Source of the DNA: an uncultured Candidatus Saccharibacteria bacterium
GTDB taxonomy: Bacteria; Patescibacteriota; Doudnabacteria; UBA920; O2-02-FULL-48-8
Direction: 5' to 3'
Assembly: GCA_964605735.1 (NCBI GenBank)
Contig: CAZSDS010000001.1
Coordinates: forward strand, 70,771 to 134,770
DNA length: 64,000 nucleotides
A model generated the notes under the pieces. The model did no database searches, was not told the DNA's origin, and saw nothing but the letters and a program-made list of their open reading frames with translations. This document shows positions 27,486 through 37,298 of the stretch, one piece after another. Position 1 is the first letter of the stretch. Each line of letters starts with the position of its first letter. Both the position numbers and the translations under genes were made by a program.

Positions 27486-28049
27486 TTAATTGCTTGTTTG
27501 GCTTGCCGCTGGTGTTGCGTCTTCGCCTGGCATTTGAATATTTTTGGTGAGTTCCTCAAAGTCAGGAAGATCTTTCATATCCTTCAGCCCTAAATGTTGC
27601 ATGAACTCTAGGGTCGTTTTGTAGTGCTGTACGCGCCGGTCAGTTTGGGATCCGACTTTTTCGATCAGGCCGCGGATAAGCAAGTGTCTGATGGTGTATT
27701 GGGAATTCACGCCGCGGATGTTTTCTATTTCCGCCTTGCTGACTGGCTGTCGGTAGGCAATAACAGCCAAAGTTTCAAGTGCCGCGTCAGACAATTTTTC
27801 CCGTAATTCCAAAGAAAGGAATTTTTTCACAGCCTGGCTGTTGTCCGGGTTGGTGGACAGCTGAAGCTTGTCGTTGTTAGCCAGCAAAATTATGCCGTTG
27901 CTGTGGTTTTCAGAGACAATGGATGCAATCGCGTCCTTAATGGTTTCAGGATCCAAATCCAAGGTTTTTTCCAACTCAGAAATTGACACCGGTTTTCCGG
28001 CAACAAACAATATTGATAAAATTTGCGATTTCAGCGAGGCAGAGTCCAT
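27486..28049 (-). CDS. scpB: SMC-Scp complex subunit ScpB
   Basis: LETLAVIAYRQPVSKAEIENIRGVNS. Confidence 0.95.
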   Translation of the reverse strand: MDSASLKSQILSILFVAGKPVSISELEKTLDLDPETIKDAIASIVSENHSNGIILLANNDKLQLSTNPDNSQAVKKFLSLELREKLSDAALETLAVIAYRQPVSKAEIENIRGVNSQYTIRHLLIRGLIEKVGSQTDRRVQHYKTTLEFMQHLGLKDMKDLPDFEELTKNIQMPGEDATPAASQTSN

Positions 28050-28052
28050 AAA

Positions 28053-28754
28053 TTAGGTTTTCTTAATCATAATATCCTGGAACAAACTGTTTTGCTCCAC
28101 AGAAACAATTCTTTGTTTGGTGAGTTCAAGGACTGCAAGAAAGGTCACAACAACCTCAGTTTTGCTTTTTGCCTCCTTGATCAGGGATGAAAGGGAAGTT
28201 TCAACCTTATCAGCTATCAGTTTTTGGATGTGTTCGATTTTCTCGGTTATGGAGACGACTTCCGCCATGACCTGCTGAGGCAATCGGACTATTTCCTTTA
28301 AGTCATTAGCCAGCTTGCGAATGCTGTCTGCCAAGGCTAGCGGCGTAACATCCGGGTCCGGAACAAAAGTTACCTGCTCGTTGAAATCAGGTTCACGGGT
28401 CCAGGATTGCTGTCTGCGGAGATCCAACCGGCGCAAAAATTTTGCCACTTCTTTGAATTTTTTGTACTGGAGCAGTTGTTCTGCCAGGTCATATGCTGAT
28501 TCTTCCTCTTCAATTCCAAATTCTAGGGTGGGCAGAAGCGCTTTGGATTTTATGACGAGCAATTTTGCGGCAATGACCAGGAAGTCAGCCAGGTGGGTGG
28601 GGTCTTTTTCCTGGAGCTGTTTGACATAATCCAAAAACTGCTCCGTGACGCGTGCCAGAGAAACATTGGTTACGTCTAGCTCTTGTCCCTCAATCAGTTG
28701 CAGGAGAAGATCCAGCGGCCCTTCAAATTGTTCAATCTTGACTTTGACGCTCAT
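28053..28754 (-). CDS. scpA: Segregation/condensation protein ScpA
   Basis: FEGPLDLLLQLI, KSKALLP, VVTFLAVLEL. Confidence 0.95.
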   Translation of the reverse strand: MSVKVKIEQFEGPLDLLLQLIEGQELDVTNVSLARVTEQFLDYVKQLQEKDPTHLADFLVIAAKLLVIKSKALLPTLEFGIEEEESAYDLAEQLLQYKKFKEVAKFLRRLDLRRQQSWTREPDFNEQVTFVPDPDVTPLALADSIRKLANDLKEIVRLPQQVMAEVVSITEKIEHIQKLIADKVETSLSSLIKEAKSKTEVVVTFLAVLELTKQRIVSVEQNSLFQDIMIKKT

Positions 28755-29218
28755 TATTTTTTCTTGGCAAAATTGCCGGAAATAGGTTGTTCCAGCTTGA
28801 TGTAATCTTTGGTTAAAAGCTCGATGGACTCAGTATAGGATCCGGCGGGCAGGTTCAGTTTTTTATTCTTAACCAGTTTTTTGTCCATGTAAACCGGCAG
28901 CTTATAAATACTGCCGAAAGGCGCAATCAATCCAATTTTGGTTTTGAGCTTGGATGAGATGTCTTTTTCCTTTGCCATGCTGATTTTTTCGCCGACCAGC
29001 TTGGACAAGGCTTTAAAGTCACAGTTGTTTCCTGCAGGCAGGACTGCCAAATACAAAGACTTTTTGCCTTTGAGCAAAACGGCCTTGGCCACTTCCGAGG
29101 TTTTTAGGTGCTGTGTCTGGGTAGCATCAAATGCAGTATAGACTTTACGGTGTTCAATTATCTTGTGCTTGGTTTTAGTTTCCTTGAGAAGTTTCTCCAG
29201 GCTCTTGAGTATTGGCAT
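28754..29218 (-). CDS. YbaK/ProX family aminoacyl-tRNA editing protein
   Basis: VAKAVLL, GLIAPFG, PVYMD, AGSYTES; start placed at MPILK. Confidence 0.82.
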   Translation of the reverse strand: MPILKSLEKLLKETKTKHKIIEHRKVYTAFDATQTQHLKTSEVAKAVLLKGKKSLYLAVLPAGNNCDFKALSKLVGEKISMAKEKDISSKLKTKIGLIAPFGSIYKLPVYMDKKLVKNKKLNLPAGSYTESIELLTKDYIKLEQPISGNFAKKK

Positions 29219-29414
29219 TTTGCGGATCAGTCCTTTTTGGTTTGTTTGCAAAAAAATACAAAATATTGATGCCGGTTACGGCAATCATCAGCACTCGGAC
29301 GGTGTCCCATCTGTCATTGATGTAGGATTCGATCAAAATCACTCCCAACAACACAACGTTGAGCGTAAGGAGGACTGTTCTTATGGTGTTGGCGATTTTC
29401 TGCATCCAGTTCAT
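29175..29414 (-). CDS. Small two-TM membrane protein
   Basis: Start overlaps the aspS stop; two hydrophobic helices. Confidence 0.55.
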   Translation of the reverse strand: MNWMQKIANTIRTVLLTLNVVLLGVILIESYINDRWDTVRVLMIAVTGINILYFFANKPKRTDPQNANTQEPGETSQGN

Positions 29415-30823
29415 TATTTTTTGTCCTTTGGCAGGTCGAGTTTGATGTGAAGTTCTTTCAATTGCTTTTCCGTGGCCGGCGCCGGGCTGTCCATCATCAA
29501 ATCTCTGCCGTCACCGGTTTTTGGGAAGGCAATCACTTCACGGATGTTTGGCTCATTATTGAGCAGTGTTACAAGGCGGTCCAAACCCCAGGCAATGCCG
29601 CCGTGCGGCGGAGCGCCAAATCCGAGCGCCTCAATCATATGTCCGAAGTTTTTGTCGATTCTTTCGTCTTCAAAACCCATGACTCGGAATACTGCTCGCA
29701 AAGCATCCGGCTGGTGGTTTCTGATTGATCCGCCTCCGATTTCAAATCCATTCAGGACAACGTCGTATTGCGTGGTTAAAATTTCAGCAATGTTTTTGCC
29801 ATCCAACAGATCCTGCATGAATTCAGGTTTTGGGGCTGAGAACGGGTTGTGGGTGAAAGTCCATCCGCCTTCATCAGTTTTCTCAAAGAATGGGAAATCA
29901 ATAACCCAGCAGAACGCCAGTACGTTTGGATCGTTTTTGTCTGTCCTGATGTCTGGACGGTCAGTGCCGTATTTTTCCATTGCTTCTTTATATGAGATGC
30001 GCGGGAAAGGGACTTGCTGAATTTTTTTGTCAGGGAAAAGTTTGGTGACGATGTCAATCAACAAATTTTCGTTTATCTGAAGAACATCTTCTTGTTCAAC
30101 AAAACTCATTTCCAAATCCAGCTGGGTAAATTCAGGCTGGCGGTCGCCGCGGGTGTCTTCGTCCCTAAAACAGCGGGCGATCTGAAAATATTTCTCCAGA
30201 CCTGCAACCATCAGCAGCTGTTTATATTGCTGAGGTGATTGCGGCAGGGCGTAGAAATTGCCGGGCTGTAAACGGGCTGGGACTAAATAGTCTCGAGCGC
30301 CTTCCGGAGTGGACTTGGTTAAAATTGGCGTTTCGATCTCAATAAAGTCTTCACTATCCAGGAAATCGCGGATGTGTTTAATGATGCGGTGTCTGGAAAT
30401 GATGTTTTTCTTCAAGCGGTCGCGTCGAAGGTCCAAATAACGGTATTTCATTCGCACGTCTTCGCCGATTTCCATGCCGTCAGTGTCCAAAGCCATAGGC
30501 ACCGGCTCAGATTTGTTAAGCACTTTCAACGCGGTGACTTCCATTTCAACCTTGCCGGTAGGCAGGTTTGGGTTGATCTGTTTTTCGATTCTTGGGTTGA
30601 TCTTGCCTTCCACCTCCAGGACAAATTCGTTTCTGACTTCCTGGGCCGCAGCATGGGCAGATTCTGAGATTTTCGGGTTGATGACCAATTGCAATAATCC
30701 TGTCCTGTCCCTTAGGTCCATGAAAATGAGCTTGCCGTGGTCGCGCCTGACAGCTACCCAGCCTTTAACCAAAACCGTTTCTCCAACCTTGTCTGCGGTG
30801 TCGATAATTCTTAGTCTTTGCAT
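29414..30823 (-). CDS. aspS: Aspartate-tRNA ligase, short form, probably non-discriminating
   Basis: RRDHGKLIF, PQSPQQYKQ, FRDED.R.DRQPEFTQLD, PPHGGIAWGLDR; no GAD insert. Confidence 0.96.
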   Translation of the reverse strand: MQRLRIIDTADKVGETVLVKGWVAVRRDHGKLIFMDLRDRTGLLQLVINPKISESAHAAAQEVRNEFVLEVEGKINPRIEKQINPNLPTGKVEMEVTALKVLNKSEPVPMALDTDGMEIGEDVRMKYRYLDLRRDRLKKNIISRHRIIKHIRDFLDSEDFIEIETPILTKSTPEGARDYLVPARLQPGNFYALPQSPQQYKQLLMVAGLEKYFQIARCFRDEDTRGDRQPEFTQLDLEMSFVEQEDVLQINENLLIDIVTKLFPDKKIQQVPFPRISYKEAMEKYGTDRPDIRTDKNDPNVLAFCWVIDFPFFEKTDEGGWTFTHNPFSAPKPEFMQDLLDGKNIAEILTTQYDVVLNGFEIGGGSIRNHQPDALRAVFRVMGFEDERIDKNFGHMIEALGFGAPPHGGIAWGLDRLVTLLNNEPNIREVIAFPKTGDGRDLMMDSPAPATEKQLKELHIKLDLPKDKK

Positions 30824-30970
30824 TTCAATTGCATTAAAAATTCACCAAAATTATACCATAAAATCGGCTTATTAACCAAGCCCGCAAAAAAATGAGCTTG
30901 CCCGTTGCCGATGCCAAAAAATCTTGTGCTATAATTTTTAAGTACCTTACGTAATAACTTTTTGAAATAA

Positions 30971-31552
30971 ATGACTCCAAATAAAATCGTATTCGACCTT
31001 GAAACACAAAAATCCTTTGACGAAGTAGGAGGGCGTGGGCGCAATGACTTGTTAAAAATTTCAGTCCTAGGTCTTTATTCTTACCGGGACGACAAATACT
31101 ATTGCTTTGAGGAGAATGAAATTTACCGCGCAGGTGAAATGTTTCAGGAAGCAGATCAAATAATCGGATTTAACATAAAAGGTTTTGACTTTGAAGTTCT
31201 GCGCCCTTACGTGAACTTTGACGTGCATCAACTGCCGTATTTGGACATTTTGGAGGAAGTGGTGAAAATTATAGGACACAGAATCAAACTGGAAAACCTG
31301 GCACAATCTAACTTGGGGGCTGGCAAGAGCGGTGATGGTCTGGAAGCCATCAGGATGTACAAACAAGGCCGCATGGATGAGTTGAAAAAATATTGCACCC
31401 AAGACGTGAAAGTCACCAAGGAAATTTACGACTATGTCATGAAATACGGCAAGCTTTTATACAAAGATTATTTTGAAACCCGTGAAATAAAAATTTCCTT
31501 CCCGGAACCTGCCATCAAAAAACCGGCAGCACGTCAGATTTCACTTTTCTAG
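30971..31552 (+). CDS. RNase H-like (DEDD) exonuclease domain protein
   Basis: FDLET, GFNIKGFD, YCTQDV. Confidence 0.85.
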   Translation: MTPNKIVFDLETQKSFDEVGGRGRNDLLKISVLGLYSYRDDKYYCFEENEIYRAGEMFQEADQIIGFNIKGFDFEVLRPYVNFDVHQLPYLDILEEVVKIIGHRIKLENLAQSNLGAGKSGDGLEAIRMYKQGRMDELKKYCTQDVKVTKEIYDYVMKYGKLLYKDYFETREIKISFPEPAIKKPAARQISLF

Positions 31553-31553
31553 C

Positions 31554-32372
31554 ATGAAAAAGCTTTTGGTGGCGGCGGCCGGAGCAGGCTTGGCTGCCGC
31601 TTTAATTTATTACTTCTTTATGCCGGTTTTTGCCGGCGAGATTATTCTGGAACCTTACTTGCAAGCAGGCGGATTCAGGCTGCACTATTATGGCTTGATC
31701 CTGGGCGCGGCCATAATGTCGGCGTACTTTGTTTCCGCGGCAAATTCATGGCGCTTTGGCATAGCCAAAGACGAGGTGGATAAATTTGCATTTTGGTTGG
31801 TTTTGGTTTCGTTCATTTTCGCCCGTATAGCTTTTGTGCTGGTGGAAATTGAAAAATATGAAAACCCAGTAGACGCGCTGAGGGTTCAGGATGGCGGGTT
31901 GTCCATTTTCGGCGCCATCATTGGAGCGGTGTTGTTTACATATTTTTACGCCAGGAAAAAAGCTTTCACGTATTGGCAGTTATTAGACGTTATTGCATTA
32001 GGTTTGCCCTTGGCTCAAGCAATCGGCCGCTTTGGGAATTTCGTTAATTACGAAATTTACGGGCAAGTCACAAACCTGCCCTGGAAAATGTATGTGCCGG
32101 AAACCGGTCAGTTTCATCATCCGGCATTCCTCTATGAATCCATATTCAATGTCTGCTTGTTCGCTGTTCTGTATAAGTATCGCGGCAAGCTCAAACCTGG
32201 AGTTTTGGCGTTAATTTATCTGGCATCATATTCCTCAGCCCGATTTTTGCTTGAGCAAATCAGGGTTGATGTCTTTGAAGTCGCAGGCTGGCAAATAAAC
32301 GAATTGGTTTCCCCAATACTGTTTTTGACCGCCGCAATTTTGCTGTTTTACCGCCTACGAAACAAAAGTTGA
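31554..32372 (+). CDS. lgt: Prolipoprotein diacylglyceryl transferase
   Basis: YYGL, GGLSIFG, QAIGRFGNFVN.E.YG, HPAFLYES. Confidence 0.93.
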   Translation: MKKLLVAAAGAGLAAALIYYFFMPVFAGEIILEPYLQAGGFRLHYYGLILGAAIMSAYFVSAANSWRFGIAKDEVDKFAFWLVLVSFIFARIAFVLVEIEKYENPVDALRVQDGGLSIFGAIIGAVLFTYFYARKKAFTYWQLLDVIALGLPLAQAIGRFGNFVNYEIYGQVTNLPWKMYVPETGQFHHPAFLYESIFNVCLFAVLYKYRGKLKPGVLALIYLASYSSARFLLEQIRVDVFEVAGWQINELVSPILFLTAAILLFYRLRNKS

Positions 32373-32418
32373 AAATTTGGGGAAAATGGCTGAAATATGG
32401 TATGATTAAACCTGCAAT

Positions 32419-33138
32419 ATGTTTAATCGTATATCGTCATTGATTCTGGCCATTGCCATGTTTATGGTGTTTCTAGGCAGTGTTCAGAGCGTCAATGATT
32501 TTTACATCTTTATTACGTCGCTTGTTCTGCTCCTGATTGGCGTAACCATCATCAATATCAAAAGATTGGGTTTTTCGTGGCCTCATATTTTGCTCCCAGT
32601 GATTTATGTGGTGGGTGCAGGCAGTATCTTCGCGGTCATAACCAATCCAAACCTCCGCTCGATTTTTTTGTTTTTTGCCGCGTTGATTCTGTATTTAATG
32701 GAAGTTCAGCTGGGCCGGGAAAGCCATTTTCTGCAAAATGTCTATCTGTTTTCCGTATTCGCCTGGTTTTTGGGTTTGTTCGCGGTAATTTTTTACCTTG
32801 ATATTCCGACTTTTTGGGCAGTGCTTGCCGGTTTTGTGTGTTCGTATATTCTGATAATCCAGGGTTTTGCCGGTTTTTCCCTCCCAGCCAAGAAATATTT
32901 TAATTTTTTGGTGGCGCTGGTGAGCGCGCAAGTGGTTTGGGGCCTGCTTTTCTGGCCAACCCATTATCTGGTGAATGCCGTGGTCATGTTCTGCTTGTTC
33001 TACTTGCTTTGGATTTTCTCTTTCTCGGCTTTCTTCGGAAAACTAAGCGTCAAAAAAATTTATTGGCAGGTTGTGCTCGTGGTGCTGGTGCTCATTGTTA
33101 CATTGGCCACAGCAGCCTGGCAGCCGCTTTACACATAA
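32419..33138 (+). CDS. Polytopic membrane protein (CPR DUF5656-like)
   Basis: About 8 TM helices; W.L.FWP motif. Confidence 0.7.
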   Translation: MFNRISSLILAIAMFMVFLGSVQSVNDFYIFITSLVLLLIGVTIINIKRLGFSWPHILLPVIYVVGAGSIFAVITNPNLRSIFLFFAALILYLMEVQLGRESHFLQNVYLFSVFAWFLGLFAVIFYLDIPTFWAVLAGFVCSYILIIQGFAGFSLPAKKYFNFLVALVSAQVVWGLLFWPTHYLVNAVVMFCLFYLLWIFSFSAFFGKLSVKKIYWQVVLVVLVLIVTLATAAWQPLYT

Positions 33139-33142
33139 ATTT

Positions 33143-33433
33143 ATGAAAAAGATTGATTGGAGCAAATATACCGCATTTCAGCAGAAGGTTTACAAAACCA
33201 TCTGTAAAATTCCTGCGGGAAAAGTTTGGACGTATCGCGAGGTCGCCAAAAAAATGGGCAACGTGAACTGGGCACGGGCAGTTGGCCAGGCTTTGTCCAG
33301 GAATCAGGACGCGCCACATATCCCTTGCCATAGAGTTGTGGCCAGTAACGGGCTGGGCGGGTATTCCGCGCCCGGCGGTTTGAAGGCAAAAATTAAACTG
33401 CTTCGCAAAGAAGGTTATTCGTTAAGCAAATAA
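33143..33433 (+). CDS. ogt: Methylated-DNA-protein-cysteine methyltransferase (MGMT)
   Basis: IPAGKVWTY, RAVGQAL, IPCHRVV. Confidence 0.9.
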   Translation: MKKIDWSKYTAFQQKVYKTICKIPAGKVWTYREVAKKMGNVNWARAVGQALSRNQDAPHIPCHRVVASNGLGGYSAPGGLKAKIKLLRKEGYSLSK

Positions 33434-33434
33434 T

Positions 33435-34490
33435 ATGAAACGTCCAATAATTTGGTTTATTATAATCGCATTTTTTATCGGCGCGGCTGGAAGCGTATTC
33501 TTTAACCGCGTGGTTTTTCCCAAGCTATCTACGGTTCAGGGTTTTGGCTGGGTTTCAAAACTGCAGTCGAGCACGCCGTTGGTCATAAGCAGGCGCGAGG
33601 AAGTCAGGCTGAATGAAGGGGTGAACCTGATAGAGCTGACAAAGCAGGCTCAGACGATTGTTGTTTCCGTTTTTCATCCCACAAACCAGAGCTTTTTGGG
33701 AAACGGTTTGATCGTGACCTCTGATGGGGTCATCTTTACCACCAGAGATGTGGTTGGAGCCAATGCCGAGGTCCTGGTTCAAGTCAATGACGGGACTGTT
33801 TACCCTGGACTGGTTCGCGCCATGGACCCAAAAAGCCCTTTGGCGGTGGTAACTGTTACGGCGCAAAACCTGCCGGTCGCCCAATTTTCTGACGCAGGGA
33901 ACATGCAGACTGCACAGCGTGTCTTTTCTTTGGGCAGGACAAACATGCAGTTTACCAGGGAGTTTGTTTCAGGTCTGGTAACCAAAACTCTCGCCAACAA
34001 CACTGAAGCGGGAAAAATCCTCAGTACCGAAGTTTTTGAGAATACCATCATCACGGACGCTGACCTGGACGCAGGATACGTAGGCGGGCCAGTGGTAAAC
34101 CTGCAAGGGCTGATTGTCGGTATGGTTGCTGACGGCAACGGCTTGATTTTGCCTGCCGAAGCCATTGACGGGGCAGTCAGGACATATCTTGAAGCAGGAA
34201 AGATTTCTAGGCCGTTCTACGGCATGGCTTATACAATGATCACCAAGAATAACGCCAAGGTCCGCGGCATCCCTAACGGCGGTGCATTGATCAACCAAAT
34301 CGCCGCCAACAGTCCGGCTGCGCGTTCCGGTCTGCAGGTCAATGATCTGGTGCTTGAAATCAACGGACAGAAAGTGGAAGACAGTTCATTTGAACAGCTG
34401 TTAGTGGCGCAGGGCGGGAATGAATCGCGTCTGCTGGTCCGCCGCGGCGAAGAGCAAATTGAAATAACATTAACTCCCGAGGTAAGATGA
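33435..34490 (+). CDS. HtrA/DegP-fold protein with PDZ, catalytic triad degenerate
   Basis: TM, trypsin-like fold, PDZ (SPAARSGLQVND); TTRDVV and GYVGGP replace the His and Ser motifs. Confidence 0.8.
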   Translation: MKRPIIWFIIIAFFIGAAGSVFFNRVVFPKLSTVQGFGWVSKLQSSTPLVISRREEVRLNEGVNLIELTKQAQTIVVSVFHPTNQSFLGNGLIVTSDGVIFTTRDVVGANAEVLVQVNDGTVYPGLVRAMDPKSPLAVVTVTAQNLPVAQFSDAGNMQTAQRVFSLGRTNMQFTREFVSGLVTKTLANNTEAGKILSTEVFENTIITDADLDAGYVGGPVVNLQGLIVGMVADGNGLILPAEAIDGAVRTYLEAGKISRPFYGMAYTMITKNNAKVRGIPNGGALINQIAANSPAARSGLQVNDLVLEINGQKVEDSSFEQLLVAQGGNESRLLVRRGEEQIEITLTPEVR

Positions 34491-34897
34491 CAGATTGCGT
34501 TTTCTGCAAAATTATAAACAGAGAGTTGCCTGCTGATATTGTTTATGAGGATGACAACACCATCGCTTTCATGAACATCAAACCTATCAGCAAAGGACAT
34601 CTTTTGGTTGTGCCAAAAAAACATGCGCAGGATTTGCTCGAAAATACGGATGAAGAGCTGGCAAACCTGATGTCCGCGGTAAAGAAGATTGCCCCGGCAG
34701 CGTTGAAGGTAACAGGCTCACAAGGGTTCAATCTGAGCGTAAATACTGGTTCAGCCGCCGGACAGATTATTTTCCATACCCATTTCCACATCATTCCAAG
34801 ATATTCAAATGATGGTTTGCAGGACTGGCCGCATTCGGACAGTGAGCCTAAAACTCGCGCTGACATAGCGGCAGAAATTAAAAAACACATTTCATGA
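34487..34897 (+). CDS. HIT family protein
   Basis: CVFCKI, HTHFHIIPR. Confidence 0.93.
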   Translation: MTDCVFCKIINRELPADIVYEDDNTIAFMNIKPISKGHLLVVPKKHAQDLLENTDEELANLMSAVKKIAPAALKVTGSQGFNLSVNTGSAAGQIIFHTHFHIIPRYSNDGLQDWPHSDSEPKTRADIAAEIKKHIS

Positions 34898-35901
34898 AGT
34901 ATTTGGTGACCGGCGGAGCGGGATTTATCGGTTCGAATTTTATCCACCATATTTTCAAAAAATATCCGGATGCACATATTGTGAATTTGGATAAGCTCGG
35001 TTACGCCAGCAGTCTGGAAAGCCTCAAAGAGTATGAGGGTAGATCCAATTACAAATTTATAAAAGGAGATATAGCTGACGGTAATTTGCTTGATCAACTT
35101 ATGCCTGAAATTGACGTGGTTGTTAACTTCGCTGCGGAATCGCACGTGGACCGATCAATACTGGCCCCGGCGGAATTCGTCAAAACCAATGTCTTGGGAA
35201 CGCAGGTTTTGCTGGACGCGGTGGCAAAACATGGCAAACGCCTTCACCATATTTCAACGGATGAGGTTTTTGGCTCCTTGGAATTAAACAGCGACAAAAA
35301 ATTTGATGAAAACAGCCCCTATGATCCAAAAAGCCCTTACTCGGCTTCCAAAGCCGCCAGTGATCATCTAGTCAGGGCTTACGCCCACACTTTCGGACTG
35401 AAAGCCACCATCAGCAATTGTTCCAACAACTACGGTCCCTTCCAGTACGTGGAAAAACTGATCCCGCTTATGATCATAAACGTACTGCGCGGCCAGCCAT
35501 TGCCGGTTTACGGCGACGGTTTGAACGTCCGGGATTGGATTCATGTAGAGGACCATTGCGCGGCGATTGATTTGATTTTGGAAAAAGGAAATATTGGCGA
35601 AACTTATTTGGTGGGCGGCAACGCAGAAGTTGCCAATATAGAGGTGGTGAAGGGTGTCTTGCGGCATTTGGGCAAGGACGAGTCTTTGATCAAACATGTG
35701 AAGGATCGTCCGGGTCATGACCGCCGCTACGCCATCGACTCCGGGTACATTGAACGCGAACTTGGTTATTCCAGAAAATACACTTTTGAAGATGGGCTCA
35801 AGCAAACCGTTGAATGGTACCAGGCAAACAAGCAATGGTGGAAGCCGCTGCTTAATTCAGAATTTCAAAAATATTACGAAAAACAGTACAGCACGAAGTA
35901 A
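34894..35901 (+). CDS. rfbB: dTDP-glucose 4,6-dehydratase
   Basis: GGAGFIG, AAESHVDRS, STDEV, YSASK, DRPGHDRRY. Confidence 0.95.
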   Translation: MKYLVTGGAGFIGSNFIHHIFKKYPDAHIVNLDKLGYASSLESLKEYEGRSNYKFIKGDIADGNLLDQLMPEIDVVVNFAAESHVDRSILAPAEFVKTNVLGTQVLLDAVAKHGKRLHHISTDEVFGSLELNSDKKFDENSPYDPKSPYSASKAASDHLVRAYAHTFGLKATISNCSNNYGPFQYVEKLIPLMIINVLRGQPLPVYGDGLNVRDWIHVEDHCAAIDLILEKGNIGETYLVGGNAEVANIEVVKGVLRHLGKDESLIKHVKDRPGHDRRYAIDSGYIERELGYSRKYTFEDGLKQTVEWYQANKQWWKPLLNSEFQKYYEKQYSTK

Positions 35902-35904
35902 CAA

Positions 35905-36468
35905 ATGAAGACCACAGAATTTTCCGTCAAAAAAAGCAAAATTCCCGGACTGCTCGAATTTGATATTACTTTTATCGAAGATCCGCGAGGTTGGTTCCAG
36001 GAAAAATATCAGAAAGCCAAACTTGTTCCACTGGGCCTGCCCGAAGATTTTCAGGCAATCCAGCAAAACATTTCTTTTAATAAAGAAGCCGGAGTCCTCA
36101 GGGGTATCCATGCTGAGCCGTGGGATAAATACATCAGTGTGGTTTCTGGCGAGGTTTTTGCTGTTTACGTTGACTTGCGGAAAGAAAATTTCGGGGCTGT
36201 GGCAGAAATCCAAATTCATCCTGGGAAAGCGGTTTTTGTGCCAAAGGGTGTTGCGAATTCGTTCCAGACGCTCAAACCGGACACCTATTACAGTTATTTG
36301 GTCAACGACCACTGGTCTGAGAAAAATCTTCCCTTGTATAAGTTTGTGAATTTGGCTGATCCGGATTTGAACATCAACTGGCCGATTCCAATTGAAAACT
36401 CGATTTTGTCTGACCGCGACAAAGGCCATCCCTTCATTAAAGACGTAACACCGTACGAAAACCTATGA
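35905..36468 (+). CDS. rfbC: dTDP-4-dehydrorhamnose 3,5-epimerase
   Basis: DPRGWF, GVLRGIH, VDLR, LSDRD. Confidence 0.92.
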   Translation: MKTTEFSVKKSKIPGLLEFDITFIEDPRGWFQEKYQKAKLVPLGLPEDFQAIQQNISFNKEAGVLRGIHAEPWDKYISVVSGEVFAVYVDLRKENFGAVAEIQIHPGKAVFVPKGVANSFQTLKPDTYYSYLVNDHWSEKNLPLYKFVNLADPDLNINWPIPIENSILSDRDKGHPFIKDVTPYENL

Positions 36469-37298
36469 AAGTAGTCATCATTGGAGCAAAAGGAAATCTG
36501 GGTCACCAATTAATGGAAGTTTACTCGGATTTGAATCCTGTTGGTTTGGCTCGTGCAGATTTGGACATAACGGATGAAGAGGCGGTTATGGACAAAATAT
36601 CTGAACTGAAACCTGATTTGGTTTTTAATTGTGCCGCGTACAATGCTGTTGATAAAGCGGAAGAACACAGGATTGATGCTGAGAACGTGAATGGATACGC
36701 GCCTGGGTATCTGGCCAAAGCCTGTGGTGCTGTGGATGCAATTTTGGTGCATTACAGCAGCGGCATGGTTTTCATGGGCGACAATCCGGCAGGTTATAAG
36801 GAAGATGATCATGTAAATCCGGTAAACGCCTACGGCCGCAGTAAAATGCAGGGCGAGCTTGAGGTTCAGCAAAATACGGACCATTACTACATAATCAGAA
36901 CCTGCTGGTTGTTCGGCAAGCAGGGCCCTGGAGAAAGCACCAAAAAAAGCTTCAGCGATCTCATGCTTGATCTAGCCCAAAAAGGCGAGCCGTTGAAAAT
37001 TGTTGATGATGAATTCGGTAATCCGACATATACGCTGGATTTGGCGCAGGCCAGCCGGGCTTTGGTTGAAACTGAAAGGCCGTTTGGAATTTACCATTTG
37101 GCAAACACAGGTGTGGCAAGCAGGCTTGACTGGGCCCGTGAAGTTTTCAAAAACAAAGGGATGGATGCTAAAATTGAGCCAGTAAGGGGGATTAGCATGG
37201 CCCGCTTGGCTCGCCGCCCGACATTCGAAGTTTTGAACAACACGAAATTTATCGAACTCCGCCCCTGGACTGAGGCATTAAAGGAATATATGAAATGA
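36465..37298 (+). CDS. rfbD: dTDP-4-dehydrorhamnose reductase
   Basis: GAKGNLG, AAYNAVDKAE, YGRSK, GNPTY. Confidence 0.92.
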   Translation: MKVVIIGAKGNLGHQLMEVYSDLNPVGLARADLDITDEEAVMDKISELKPDLVFNCAAYNAVDKAEEHRIDAENVNGYAPGYLAKACGAVDAILVHYSSGMVFMGDNPAGYKEDDHVNPVNAYGRSKMQGELEVQQNTDHYYIIRTCWLFGKQGPGESTKKSFSDLMLDLAQKGEPLKIVDDEFGNPTYTLDLAQASRALVETERPFGIYHLANTGVASRLDWAREVFKNKGMDAKIEPVRGISMARLARRPTFEVLNNTKFIELRPWTEALKEYMK

